Source: Lama glama (lineage: Eukaryota). From it: a stretch of 64,000 bases of DNA. Shown here in pieces: positions 37,468-49,199 of this stretch (its first letter is position 1; each line of letters starts with the position of its first letter). The stretch covers positions 98,768,001 through 98,832,000 of the forward strand of contig CM052816.1 of the NCBI GenBank assembly GCA_028534125.1. The letters are read 5' to 3'. Position numbers and translations under genes: made by a program. The notes beneath the pieces were generated by a model, which searched no databases, was not told the DNA's origin, and saw only the letters and a program-made list of their open reading frames with translations.

Positions 37468-37640
37468 CTTCCACGTGGGTGTAGGGCTCCCACTTGTAGT
37501 GCTGTCCTCGGAACCGTTTGCCATTGTACGCGGCGCACTGCAGGGCGCGGAAGTCGACGCTGCCGTGGGGACATTTCTGACTGTTGCAAAGCTTCAGAGC
37601 TCGAGCGGGGCCCGCACAGAACTTCCCTCCATTTGATGGT
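37468..37640 (-). CDS. ADAMTS16: ADAMTS16 coding exon (~exon 13, 173 nt): end of TSR1 and start of Cys-rich domain
   Basis: ttccag|A ... GAA G|GTAGAT. Translates (R)PSNGGKFCAGPARALKLCNSQKCPHGSVDFRALQCAAYNGKRFRGQHYKWEPYTHVE(D). Phases 2-1 fit the neighbouring exons. Confidence 0.96.
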
Positions 37641-38746
37641 CTGGAACGTATGTGTCGCAGTTAGAAACCTGATGTTTTAAGAGCTACTCGCGCCTCCTTT
37701 ATTGGAAGATGGAACAGATGCTGTTAAACCACTTACAGACACCAAGTAAGAAAAGCGCATCTTTGCGAAGGCACCGTCACCTTCTTACACATTAATGATA
37801 CGCATCGTGTTTCCCTTTTCTATGGAGTGTATCATTTGCAACCTTAGTAGAACAGGTCTGAACCTGGCGAGCGAGTTCGCACGGATTTGCTCATCACTCG
37901 GTGGAAGGCAGGGTGAGCGTCGCTCTTCTCCGAGTCTATACAGGAGGGGGTGACCACGGAAGGAGCCGCCATAAAGCAGAACTGAGCCTGCAGTGCAACT
38001 ACTTCGCCTCCCGGACGGCACCTTCTCCCCGCTATGAGTTTCCTTGTGACACCCAGTGGGAACAGAGGAGCCAGTCATCTTCCACTGGCTGGAAGTGCCA
38101 GCCAACACCCCTCGAACCCCCTACAATTCTCGCGGAGACAGCAGGGTGAGAGAGCGCCCTGCCGCGGCACAGGACTAAAGACAGGGCTGACGTAAGTAGC
38201 CGTGCTTATGCCGTATGGCTGAAGGCAAAGAAACGTAGGTGCAGGAGGAAGGTTTAAACCCCTTCGCTCACTGCCGTGGGGACTGCTCTCAGCATCCTTG
38301 TCTTCTGCAGGGGCACAGCAAAACCGCATGTTGCGACGGTCAATGTGTCTGATGAAAAGCCCGTCCTTTCACTTGTTCTCATTGATGCTTATCTATCGAT
38401 GCGTGTTCTCCACGTTTTTTGCATGATTTATTTCCTTATTTTAGGCAGGACTTTGGTATTTCATGTAAACGTGGTTAAAATCCAGCTCCTGAATATCCCC
38501 GTTGGGTCCATTACTCTGCTGTGGTCAAGTAATTAAATTATATCAAAGAGACATCATCGTACAAGAAATGCTTGAGTAAAAGTGCTTTTCGACTTAGAGT
38601 TCCTTACAGCAACGGGGAAAAGGAAAGAGAGATTTTAAGGACATACAGGATCATTATCACCGAGCTCACGTCCACATGCTGTTAGGAAGGTTCGTAGCAG
38701 AGAGGTGGCTGGTTGGTGGGGGTTGGGGGGGGTCGGGGGTGCTCAC

Positions 38747-38895
38747 CGGGGGTTCGTGCAGAGCCGGTCCCTGTGAGACACCCCTCCTCCGCAGGTCCTG
38801 GAGCAGGGGGACCAGGGAGACCAGTCTGACCAGTGGCCATGGGTGGGCTTGGGGCCCTCGTCACCATGTTTCACACACTGCCCTCCGCGGCACCA
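38747..38895 (-). CDS. ADAMTS16: ADAMTS16 coding exon (~exon 12, 149 nt): end of disintegrin-like domain and TSR1
   Basis: ttttcag|TGG ... CG|GTGAGC. Translates [49 protein letters not shown](R), with the WxxWxxW and [11 protein letters not shown] motifs. Confidence 0.97.
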
Positions 38896-39959
38896 CTGAA
38901 AATTAAAAAAGGAAAAAGCGATTATGACTGATGAGCAGACAGTGGGTTTATTGCTGCTGTAATGCTCAGCACTGGGGCGTTTGGTAAAACAGGCAGATCT
39001 CTCCATCTCCGCCATCAGGAGCACATAATAAAAATACATTCAATGCTGCTCCTTTTTGTTCTGTTCAAACCTAGCCTTGTTCTACAAATCCCCATGAAGG
39101 GAAGAGGGAGAGGAGAATTGTTTTCAGGTGTCTGTCTGAGCGGCTGGAACGTAGCAGGTGAGTCGTGATGCAGGAAGTTTCAGGCTGATGGGTCACCTAT
39201 CGGGTGAGTGAACTCTAACCTTTCCTGGAAACAACACACCCTTCATATGTGACTTTCGGGGCAGACTGACTGTCAGGTGGAAAAGTCCAGCTGGAGGTTC
39301 CGTGGCCTCAACACCTTGTCATTTCTGGCCGGGGCTCTGTGCTTTTGCTCCAAAGCACCTGGGCTGGGAGCCTGGAGGTTATAATGGATGCATGTCAGGG
39401 ATCACATGGCTTTCTGAGGAGATGAAACAGCCTGCACAGAGCTCCACCTGTCCCTCTGAGCCTGGCGATGCTATCAGTTCTCCTTTCTCTAGAGGTGTGC
39501 TCAGTGATGTGAATTCTGCTAAAATCCACGTGGTTTCTTCACCTCCACCACATGCGAAAGCTACACAGACCTAGCATTGTGTTCAGCCGCACTAGTTTCC
39601 CACCAACGGATGCATTCACTGGGCACAGCTGGCATTCCGCCAGCAGCACCGAGTAGGAATCTGTAAAAATTAATGGTTTTACAAGAGCAAAACTAACTTA
39701 TCGGTATCAATGTGATTGCTCAAAACGGTGTAAGATTCCCTGTGGTGCTCACTGTCTACTGGAGGCAGTCTACTTGAGATGCACAAAGAGCTAGGTTCTA
39801 AAGTCACCTGGAAAATTCTTCTGTCACGGTCACAGTTAAGCCAACAACTTGACTTAAAGCCTAAATGTTTCATTTTGCTTTGGATATGTATGAATTACTA
39901 TAACAAAATCTTATGTAATTTTGTTTTAAAATTACAGAAAATGTTTACACACTTCCCCC

Positions 39960-40290
39960 CAAATTTAGAGTTTATCCCTTTTTAATATAATCAAATAATT
40001 ATATAGACCAGTATTTCCTTTTCTTTCATAAATGACAGCCTATTATTACACACATCTTTCTCCATCCCACGTTTCCATTTAACAACATGTTCTGTAGCTC
40101 ATTCCACAGAGTCATACAGACACATCCGTTGTCCCTCTGTTGCAGCTACATGACATTCAGTTAGATGCGTTTCCAGCCAGTCCCCAGCTAGGGGACATCT
40201 GCATCATTTCCAGTCTTTTGCTGTGATAATTATTGCTGCAATTAATAGTCTTGCAGATGCATTTTTTCCCACCATTTTGGCCAGAGTATC
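39960..40290 (-). mobile_element. Old L1 (L1ME-like) 3' fragment
   Basis: ggacatctgcatcatttccagtcttttgctgtgataattattgctgcaattaatagtcttg. Confidence 0.55.
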
Positions 40291-42878
40291 CCAAAATGAC
40301 TAACTTTAAAAAATTCCTTAAAAATTTTTTTTTGAGAATCTGAGAAGAAAGAACTACAGCTTCTCCCGGGAGGCCGGGGGGATGCACAGGTGCACACAGA
40401 CACACAAACACGAACCTGCACACACACAATTTTTAGTATCATTTCACGCAGATAGCAGACCAGTGGAGCCCGTCAGTGAGGTGGTCGGGGTAAGACCCCT
40501 GTGTTAAGCAGACACACAAAATGTCCACTGAAACACCAGATATGTTTCTGAGGCCCATCCCACGTTTATCACACTTTCATATTTAGTTGATGGAGGGTGT
40601 GGCCAATAAGGAAAGGCTTTATCTTAGGAAGAGCCACGGCAGGATGAGGCGCACATCCCTCCCGTGATGCTGCTCGCACAACCCGCTCTCACACCCCAGC
40701 CTGGTGCCCCCGGGGAAGCAGCAGTGCCAGGCACGGAAACCGACCCTGCGGAGTGGAGAACCAGCCCCGCACGTCAGGTCAGCCAGGTGAGTGGCCCGGG
40801 GCAAGTCACTCGGGGGCCCTGAGCCTGCCTGTCCTCCTGTGAACACTCAGGATGGCGGAAACCACCAGACTGAGTTCTGAAGACCCATGGAATGAGGCCA
40901 CGTGCCTCGCACCACGGGCAACGTCATTGCAAAGTGAGGGCTCGTTTAATCTTACATTCGGGATTATTAAAGAGTCAGAATCTGCTTTGGTGCGACCCAG
41001 GCGGCGGTCCTGACGCCACTGTTCTGGGCGTCTCACGGCGTGAGCGCAGAGGAGCCCGGCGTCCTTTCCCTGAAGAATTCTTGGGTGCACAGCGGGGGTG
41101 GCAGTAGGGTCACCCTCTCAGGGTGCTTGTGAGGATTGAGTGTATATCATGTTTTAAGTGCATCGCTTGCCACTGAAAGATGCACTGACCGTTGGTTGGG
41201 TTTATCCCCATGCCCACCACATGGAGCCTCAGTGTTGGTGGTAGGTGTTGGAAAACAGGTCCCCACGCAGGAGAAAGGTGCACAGCAGTACTACAGTTGT
41301 CCCTGGTCATCCGGAGCACACGCGCTGCCCTGGAACATCCCGAAGCACCGGGATGCTGCCTTCTGCTAATGCTCGCTGCCAAGTCAGCAGACCTCACGGA
41401 CACCTGTGCCCCAGCGAGACAGGAAGACACACAGCTCACACCACAGGGAGCTTTTACAGGAGCCTCTGACGCTTGTCCCACTGCGGCCACCGGGCAGCCA
41501 CGCCACGTGACCCTGGGCGGAACGCTTAATGTAATTTGTAGGCACCTACTCTGGCGTTTTTAAAAACATGCTCTAATTCTCTTCACTGTGAAGGTAAAAG
41601 CTCCATTTGGAAACACAAGGGAAAAATAACAGAAACCATCAATGAAAATCAGTTCACCTGTGCCTTCAAGGTAAATACAACAGAACAAGAACATCCTCCA
41701 GGGAAACAGCAGGTGACGGAAGCGAAGTCGGACGCCTGGGGGGCCAAGCGCTGTCCCTGTGAACCATCACTCAGGGCAGCGGCGCGAGGGCTGCCAAATG
41801 GGTGTAATTCGGCAAACTATCAGATTTGCAAAATTTGGTCAATTTTAACCACTTATGTGCAGAACGCCGTGATCACCTAAGCTTAACACTCAGGTGAATC
41901 CCCTGGTATCCTTTGCTAATTGGTATTTCCACGTCGTCGTAGCTCGATAAATCCCTTTTCTCTTTTGAGAAACTAAAGCATTTTTATTAGACTTTTCTGT
42001 TGTGGATGAATTTACTGCTGCCTCCATCACTAGAAGGATTTACGTATCAGTCCCACCCTGTGAAAGTCTGAAAAGAAAGCACATTAACACGTGTAGGATG
42101 AGTGGTTGCTGGGCGCGATTCTTAAGCGAATTTACCTCATTTCCTCAGTCAGCGTTGCAATAATTTCACACATACGTCAGCTTTGTTTCTTAATACTTTG
42201 AATCCATTCTATCTGCACTCACATTTCAATGTGTTTGTGGTGGGAAATATTTACTTAGGACTTTAAACGTCCTAGATCGGTGGCATTCAGGCACGCATTT
42301 CTCTTTTACATTATCAAAGCATCAGACACATGGAATGAAGGTCGTTACAGTGACAGTTTGGTTCTGATACATTTCTGTCTTTATCAAGAGCCTCTTACGT
42401 GCTGGAAAAAAGTACAACCACAGGCTGAATCACAAGGATTAAAACAGTACTCTTGCACGTTAAGATACTTTATTTCTAAGTTTTGATGACAAAAATCACC
42501 ATTATCTACCGGTTAGTAATAAACTTGCCATCTCATGTATTTTTTCTTTTCCCTGCTGTAGAATGTCTCTTTTTTTCACGGGAGCAACAATAGGTCAAAA
42601 GAGTTGACTCCAGTCTTTAAATCAATGCTTTGTGACTTTAACAGAACTACGTAAACTGGCTCTTTACACGACTAAAAGATGGTCAAGGGTTTAACATTTC
42701 CCCCTATTAAACAGATTCAGCCGTCACCTGTTGCCTGACATCTCTGTCGATTAAGTCCAGACAGCTCATCATTGGAAAGGCGAGAACAGGAGTCCTCTGC
42801 ATAGTATCAGTGTAAATTAGGCACAGTTTTTTGACATGGGTGTAGATATGGAAAGAGATAAAAATACCAAGGCAAGAG

Positions 42879-43375
42879 TGAGACAGGAGGCAAGGGGGCA
42901 GGGCACAACCACGGAAGGAAGGACACACCACTGAGGACAGGACAGACTGGTTAGAACCAAGACGACGGGAGATTCGACTTCCAGTTGACCTTGAGCCTCA
43001 TGGCGCACCCACAGGTGCCGTGACAGTTCCTGGACGGACCATGAACGGTCAACATGTGGTGGCGGGGACCCAGTCCCTGGAAACCCCTGCCCCTTCCCCA
43101 AAGCAGTTGGAATAATCCTCTTACTCGTTGGCCTATGATATTGCCACGCCCATAAAAACTAAGAACCTGCACCTCCTGGTCACTCTCTCCCGCCTTCTGA
43201 GACGGCCCCCGCTCTCCCTGTGGAGTGTGTATCTCCTGAGCCGCTCTCCCTTCTGAGTGAGGTGGACCACACTGTCTATGGAGTGTGTGTCTCTCTAAAT
43301 AGACGTGCTTTCACTTTACTATGCCTTGTTCTTGAATTCCTTCTGCATGAGGCAAGACCTTAATCTCCGGCAACA
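42879..43375 (+). mobile_element. MER41-like ERV1 solo LTR with a perfect 4-bp TSD
   Basis: TG...CA termini with AGAG on both flanks (42875-42878, 43376-43379). The start tgagacaggaggcaagggggcagggcacaacc resembles artiodactyl MER41-like LTRs. Confidence 0.85.
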
Positions 43376-43448
43376 AGAGGAGGAAAGAAGCATGGGTTGA
43401 AAGCTTGACATCAGCCTATGATGCATGTACCTAAGATTAGTTTCTTAC

Positions 43449-43544
43449 CATGTCATGCCCGCAAGTAGTGCCTTCCGCTGCTGGCATAAACTTAGTCTCA
43501 CATTTTCTTCCAATCCGGTGGCACCACAGGGCTTTACAGATATC
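43449..43544 (-). CDS. ADAMTS16: ADAMTS16 coding exon (~exon 11, 96 nt): disintegrin-like domain
   Basis: ccttttag|GAT ... ATG|GTAAGA. Translates DICKALWCHRIGRKCETKFMPAAEGTTCGHDM, phase 0-0. Absent from the ORF track. Confidence 0.97.
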
Positions 43545-43886
43545 CTAAAAGGGGAAAAGAAGGTCATTCATTAGTATCAGAAATGGTCCATGCATCTGTG
43601 ATGAAATAGCACTGAAACATTTAAGGGAAAAACAATTGATAGAAATTAAAAGCTGACTCTACCTCGTGGTAGACCCCTACGATGGAGGGAGGACCCGGAA
43701 GATTCATGTTCTGGACTTTGTTCAACTTAATTCTATTCCTGAAACTTTAATTTGGTTTTATTCATCATAAATTTAATTAAATTGTATTTCTAAATTAAAG
43801 AGTAAAATATGCTTGATCCAGACACTGAAGAAAACTACAAAAAATTAAAATTAAAAAAACTAAACATTTTATAATTCATTCTTTTT

Positions 43887-44325
43887 CTCCTTTTCTTAAT
43901 TGAAGTGTAATTGATTTACAATGTTGTGTTAGTTTCTGGTGTGCAGCACAGTGATTCAGTTACACATATACACACATACATACACACACACATATACATA
44001 TATATATGCATATTCTTTTTCATTACAGGTTTACCACACGCCATTGACTATAGTTCCCTGTGTATACAGTAGGACCCTGCTGACTATCTATTCTGTACAT
44101 AGTAGTTGGTATCTGCCAATCCTAACTCCCAATTTATCCTTCCTTCCTCGGTTCCCCACAAGTCTGCTTCCTATGTCCGTGAGTCTCTTTCTATTTTGTA
44201 AATAAGTTTGTGTCATTTTTTTAGATTCCACATATGAGTGATGTCATATTTGTCTTTCTCTGACTGACTTATCTCACTTAGTATGATAATCTCTAGGTCT
44301 GTCCATGGTGCTGCAAATGACATTA
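43887..44325 (-). mobile_element. 5'-truncated L1 3' end (cetartiodactyl type)
   Basis: ttgaagtgtaattgatttacaatgttgtgttagtttctggtgt...ttagattccacatatgagtgat. Candidate TSD ttataattcattcttttt / ttataatccattcttgtt (16/18). Confidence 0.85.
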
Positions 44326-46399
44326 TAATCCATTCTTGTTCCTACGTCTCACTAACCTCTCCAAGTCTGAATCCTCATTTCCACATGGAAGATTGTTCTG
44401 AAACTTGCTGGCTTGTCCATCCCTCTCTCTAGCCACCCGTCCACCCACCCTTCTATCCACCATCCACCATCCGCACAGCTTTGATGAAGGCCTAGAAGAT
44501 GCCAGGTATCTTGCAGGCAGGAGGTTCCATAAGAAATGCAACCAGATCAGCCCTCCCAGAAATGGCCTTAGAGGGGAGATGAGCTGTAAACCTCCGTCCG
44601 GTGCACGTGGGAGAGGCGCCCCTACGGGGGGGGGGGAACAGCACGGGGTGGGAAACGAGTATTGCTCAGAGGACTCAGGGAAGGACTCAGAGAAGACGGA
44701 CATCTGATTCCACTCGAGCTTGAGGACAACATTCAAAGGAGAAGGAAAGAAAGGTTTGTGCAAAGGAAGGAAGATGGGGAAGAAGAAAGGTGTGTGCAAA
44801 GCAAGGGGGTCCTACGTGGCTGATGTGTCCTTAAATAAAACAGGATCTGAGATTTATAGCCAAGAAAAGTCTCTCCAGGAGTAGAGAATTATTTTTACTT
44901 TTATATCCTCTTGAGCCCAAAGGAACATCTTCGTGCAGGGCACGCGGTGGGACTCATGATGTAACGGAAACGTTGGGAACGCGGGTGGTAGCTTTAACTG
45001 CCTGTGATGAAAACGCTTCTTAAATGATCTGCACACAGATTCTGAATATTTGAACAAGTGCTGCTCTATTTCCCAAGACATTTCATCGCTCGGTCTGCAG
45101 GGTGTTTTGTGTTATTAAAAAAAATGCAACACAGCAAAACTTCCACATAGTTCTCCTTGAGAGATAGCATTTCATGGCATTTGTGTTTTCATTCTCTGCT
45201 TCACTGACGATAGAGAAGTGCTCCCACGAGCCTTTCTGCATCGTGCGAGTGATCTCTCAAAGGATTTCCTTCTTAAGAATCCATATTAACTTTACCTTCA
45301 TAAAACTAAATCTCCTTCATAAATTTACTTATTACATATTTAAAAGTTAAGATATTTGTCAAAGACACAGCTTCATATTTCTTTCCCCTTGTTATCTCTC
45401 TCACTAATAAGATAGCTCTTGAGAACTTGGAAGGTAAAGAAGTAAACTTTCGATGCTTTAATTCGCATATCAATGAATTGCTTTTATTTTGAGGTATCCA
45501 TAGTAACCTCCTACGGTTACAATCACTGTGCCATGAAACTTCATCTTCTTGAGAGTGCTCCAGAACCATTAAGTGTACTGGGGCAATTGTGTCTCGCTAG
45601 TGGCTAGTGCACTGTCTGGCTCTCACTACAGGAATAAGCGTGCTGTATGGGGGAGCCTCTGGCCTTGGCCAGAATGGTGTTTAGAGATCAGAGCCATAAA
45701 ACCGAAAGGAATCTGTAAAAGCAGAGGACTGGGTGTCTGTAACTCTCCAAAGAGACAACCAGAAAACTGTGTTTGCTGGCAGGGAAGACAATGTGCTAAA
45801 ATACCAGGATATAAATAAAAGTCCCTTGAAACCGCCGCTTGTGGACTGAGGCTCAGTGTCTGGGTGGAGATGTGGTGGATCGTAGCCAGAGTCCAGACAG
45901 CGGGGCGGGGGAAGCACACCTGCCCTTGGGAGATGGTTCAGAGACCTACTGATTCAGGCTCTGGGCGCACAGACAGGTGGACGAGTGAGTGATACAGAAA
46001 TCGTGGGCGTGCGGGAGGCAGCTGCTCCTGCGGCTGCGTCAGCCGGGAGATGGACCCAGGGGTCAGTAGAGAGTCTGCCTACCAGATGTGAGTTGAGCAG
46101 GCAGAACTCCCCGTGTCCTCCCACATGCAGCCAACCAGCGACTCGTCCTGGGGCTGAATGAAGGGGTCGCAGGGAACGTGCCCAACTCAGGGCCTGGCAC
46201 CGAACAGGCATCAAACCAGTGCATGTGCCGTTTCTCACTTCAAGGACATGAGGAGACGTAAGCAGAACCCCAGCTCTCGGCTTGGGGTTCACGGCTCTGC
46301 CTACGGGGGCTAGTGGTACTAATTCACGGGTTGGTTTCAAAGATTATGGGAGTTGGTACAAAATAGACAGTGTTTTCAAATGTTAAATTCTTTTTATAT

Positions 46400-46478
46400 A
46401 TTTGTCACTGATACCAGGAACAATGCTTAGTACCTAGCTGGCTTTCAATAAATGCTTTCTGAATGAGCTGAGTGTCCA
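46400..46478 (+). mobile_element. L2 3' tail
   Basis: ccaggaacaatgcttagtacctagctggctttcaataaatgctttctgaatga. Confidence 0.55.
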
Positions 46479-48371
46479 TTAGTTTGCTCCTGTGGAAACC
46501 CTGGCCAGAATGACCAGGGACATTTTTACTGTAAAATGAAATTAATAGTGTGATCAAGGGATTGTGATTATAAAAACCTTTAAGGTCACTTAAGAGGGTG
46601 ACTTCATGATACGAACATACATACCTCAACTGCTATTCCAAGTATTTTCGTAATATCCTTACATTGCAGTTTCTGGGAACATTTTGCAGAATAAAGCTAC
46701 GCGGATGGAAGGTACTACTGAGGGCCAAGGCTTTTGACCTTTCTAAGCACACAGCTCCAAGTGCAGGATGCTAACCACTACAGCTCGCCACTCTCACTCA
46801 GTCCGTGCCCAGCTCACGCCGTCTGTTCCAGCTGCATCCTGGAACCTGCTCAATCCCCAATTCCAAGTGTCCAGCCAGAAGCCACTCATAGAGTAAGAAG
46901 AGCCTTGAAATACATACTTCATGTTACTGTGTTCCAACATGTCAAAAAGTGCTCGAGACCTTGCTGGGCTATAGATGTAATTGCTGGCCATTTAATAAAA
47001 ATGCGATATTCTACCCTGGAAAACAAATAAAATTGCTAGTACCTCAACCTCTGTTCATTTATTACCTAAACAACCCCAAACTGATTACTACCTCTCAGTT
47101 TTATCATTCTCTGACTTAACCGCTAACTTTTTGACATAATGGACAATGGTTGCATTACACTCAGCATTATGCCTGCAGGTTATTACGTTCTTAATAAAAC
47201 TTCAGGGTCCTCCTGGAACAAAGACCCTATTAAATCATGGTTCTAGGGCCAGGAACTTGGAATGCAAGACGTGCTGGGTGTGGTGGAGGGGCTCCCAATT
47301 TACCAAGAGTACCCAGGGCACTAAGTAATCACATTTCAAAGTCATTCTGCCATCCTGCATCTCAGACCGCAGCTGTCAGGCCACCAAGCACTGCTGACAC
47401 AGCAGAACAGGCACTCCATAAAGACACGGTGTTTGGAATAACTAACGCCTGACTCAGGAAGAAGAAGGTGGAGACTCCGGCTTTTTACCTTCGCCGCTAA
47501 GGACCACTCTCTGTAATGAAGGCTCCCACTTGCATTCCATCCCATAATTTAAGAGCTATGTTCACAGAGACCGATTTCAGTGATGCTGACCTAGTTAAGT
47601 TTCACATCACAACCTAGCAGCCCAAACAAAAAGCACGTTGTCAGGTACCTGGGTTGGATTGTTGTGGCATTTCCATAGTGTGACCTGACCACCCCCGGGT
47701 TCATTTTCTCAAACTGTCAGTACCAGATGCTCCAGAAATACGAACTGAAAATGCAGGCACAGATGATGTTGCAGCGGGACACATAACTTATGGCAATTAT
47801 TTGCTTTTCAAGCAGTGGTGTGCTTTTATCACTAATTCTGATGATCAGTATGCAAGTCCTCAGTGGTCAGAGAAAGCCATGGTCATATATGTGTGTGAAT
47901 TTGTACACAAGTATGTAAACACCCACACACATGCGCCAAATACACAGCTATTTATCCAAGAGAGGGATGCACATGGGTTTGCATTATCCTAGCTTCCCAA
48001 GCTAAGCTTAAGTGATTCAGCCCCTCTTAAAGCATCATCCTTCCACCCACCACCCAGCTCAGTAAATTCCTATTGGCTGGGCCTCATGAGCCCAGCGCTG
48101 GTTTAGGCCCTGGGTAGCTTCCTTGTCATTTATCATTTTATTTTCCCCCATCAGAAAACTTCCAGATCCTTACATTTCAATCGAATCAAATAAACCCATT
48201 CTCATTACATTTCAGTAGAAGTTCCTTTTAAAAAATTAAATTTTTTAAATGAGAATGTCAGTGTCCTGAGATGCTTTGATTCATATGAAAAATAAAGAAC
48301 TGAATTGCCACTCCATATTTAAAGTTGAGATTCAGTATATTACAGATTCTGGACACACAAGCAGAATTTAA

Positions 48372-48416
<45 letters not shown>
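48372..48416. repeat. Compound microsatellite (CT)9 GTG (TA)12
   Basis: Seen directly. Confidence 0.95.
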
Positions 48417-48599
48417 AAATGATGTCAAGTTTGTTCCTATTGAAAAACAATTTTACGTTATAAGGAGTGAGCTCACACTATTGATTTTAATGGCTGTTTT
48501 TTTTTTCAGAAGGTATTTTCTCTCCTGTTCATGATGGAGGCCTGGTACCAGGCCTATTTTTCCACGTGCAAAGACTGTAAAACCGGACTAGATATATGG

Positions 48600-49020
48600 G
48601 CCAGTTGATTCAGACTCTTGCAACATGCCATACAGTGCCTGGTCCTCGAGAGAAGGGCGATTTGTCAGATGGGCGCTGCCCTCCCCAGTTGTCTGGGGAC
48701 ACTTCACTGACCGTGGTGCGGAGAGGTGGGCCCATGCAGACAGCAGCAGTCTCACTGACTGGAGGGTGCAGAGGTCAGGGCTGGGGCTGCAGGATTAGCT
48801 AGAACTTGTGGGAATGGGGCCAGAAGGGAAAAAGCTGCATTGGGTGGGGAGCCTCAGAGGCCTCCACGAGGACTTCCTGCAGGTGGGTATCTGCAGCCTG
48901 AGTGGTGGTGGACGCGTGGGATGAGATTCTAAGTGGCCTAGCAGAGGGCGGCAGCTCTGGGCTGGACGCTGATAAGGGCTAGGAGACAGAGAAAGCACAA
49001 TGCTGGGTGAGGCCAGCGTT
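48600..49020 (-). mobile_element. L2 fragment
   Basis: Degenerate L2-antisense layout (gaggacttcctgcaggtggg...tgcagcctgagt). Confidence 0.45.
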
Positions 49021-49199
49021 CCAACCCACACAAAGGGGAGGGACTTCAGGGAGCCTCGGGGGCCTCCAGCGGAAAGCCCGAAGTCCACGTCTCAGGACTA
49101 AGAATCACAAACTAGGAGACAGGCTGTGCCCAGGGCTGAGGAAAAACCAGAACTGATGAGTCTGAAGGAAACATGAAACAAAGGCTCAGGGAATCCAAA

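Noticed and set aside
48935..48955. CTCF-like motifs here and near 4778, 21513 and 54240
   Set aside because: Each has a core mismatch, and such matches are common by chance in GC-rich DNA.
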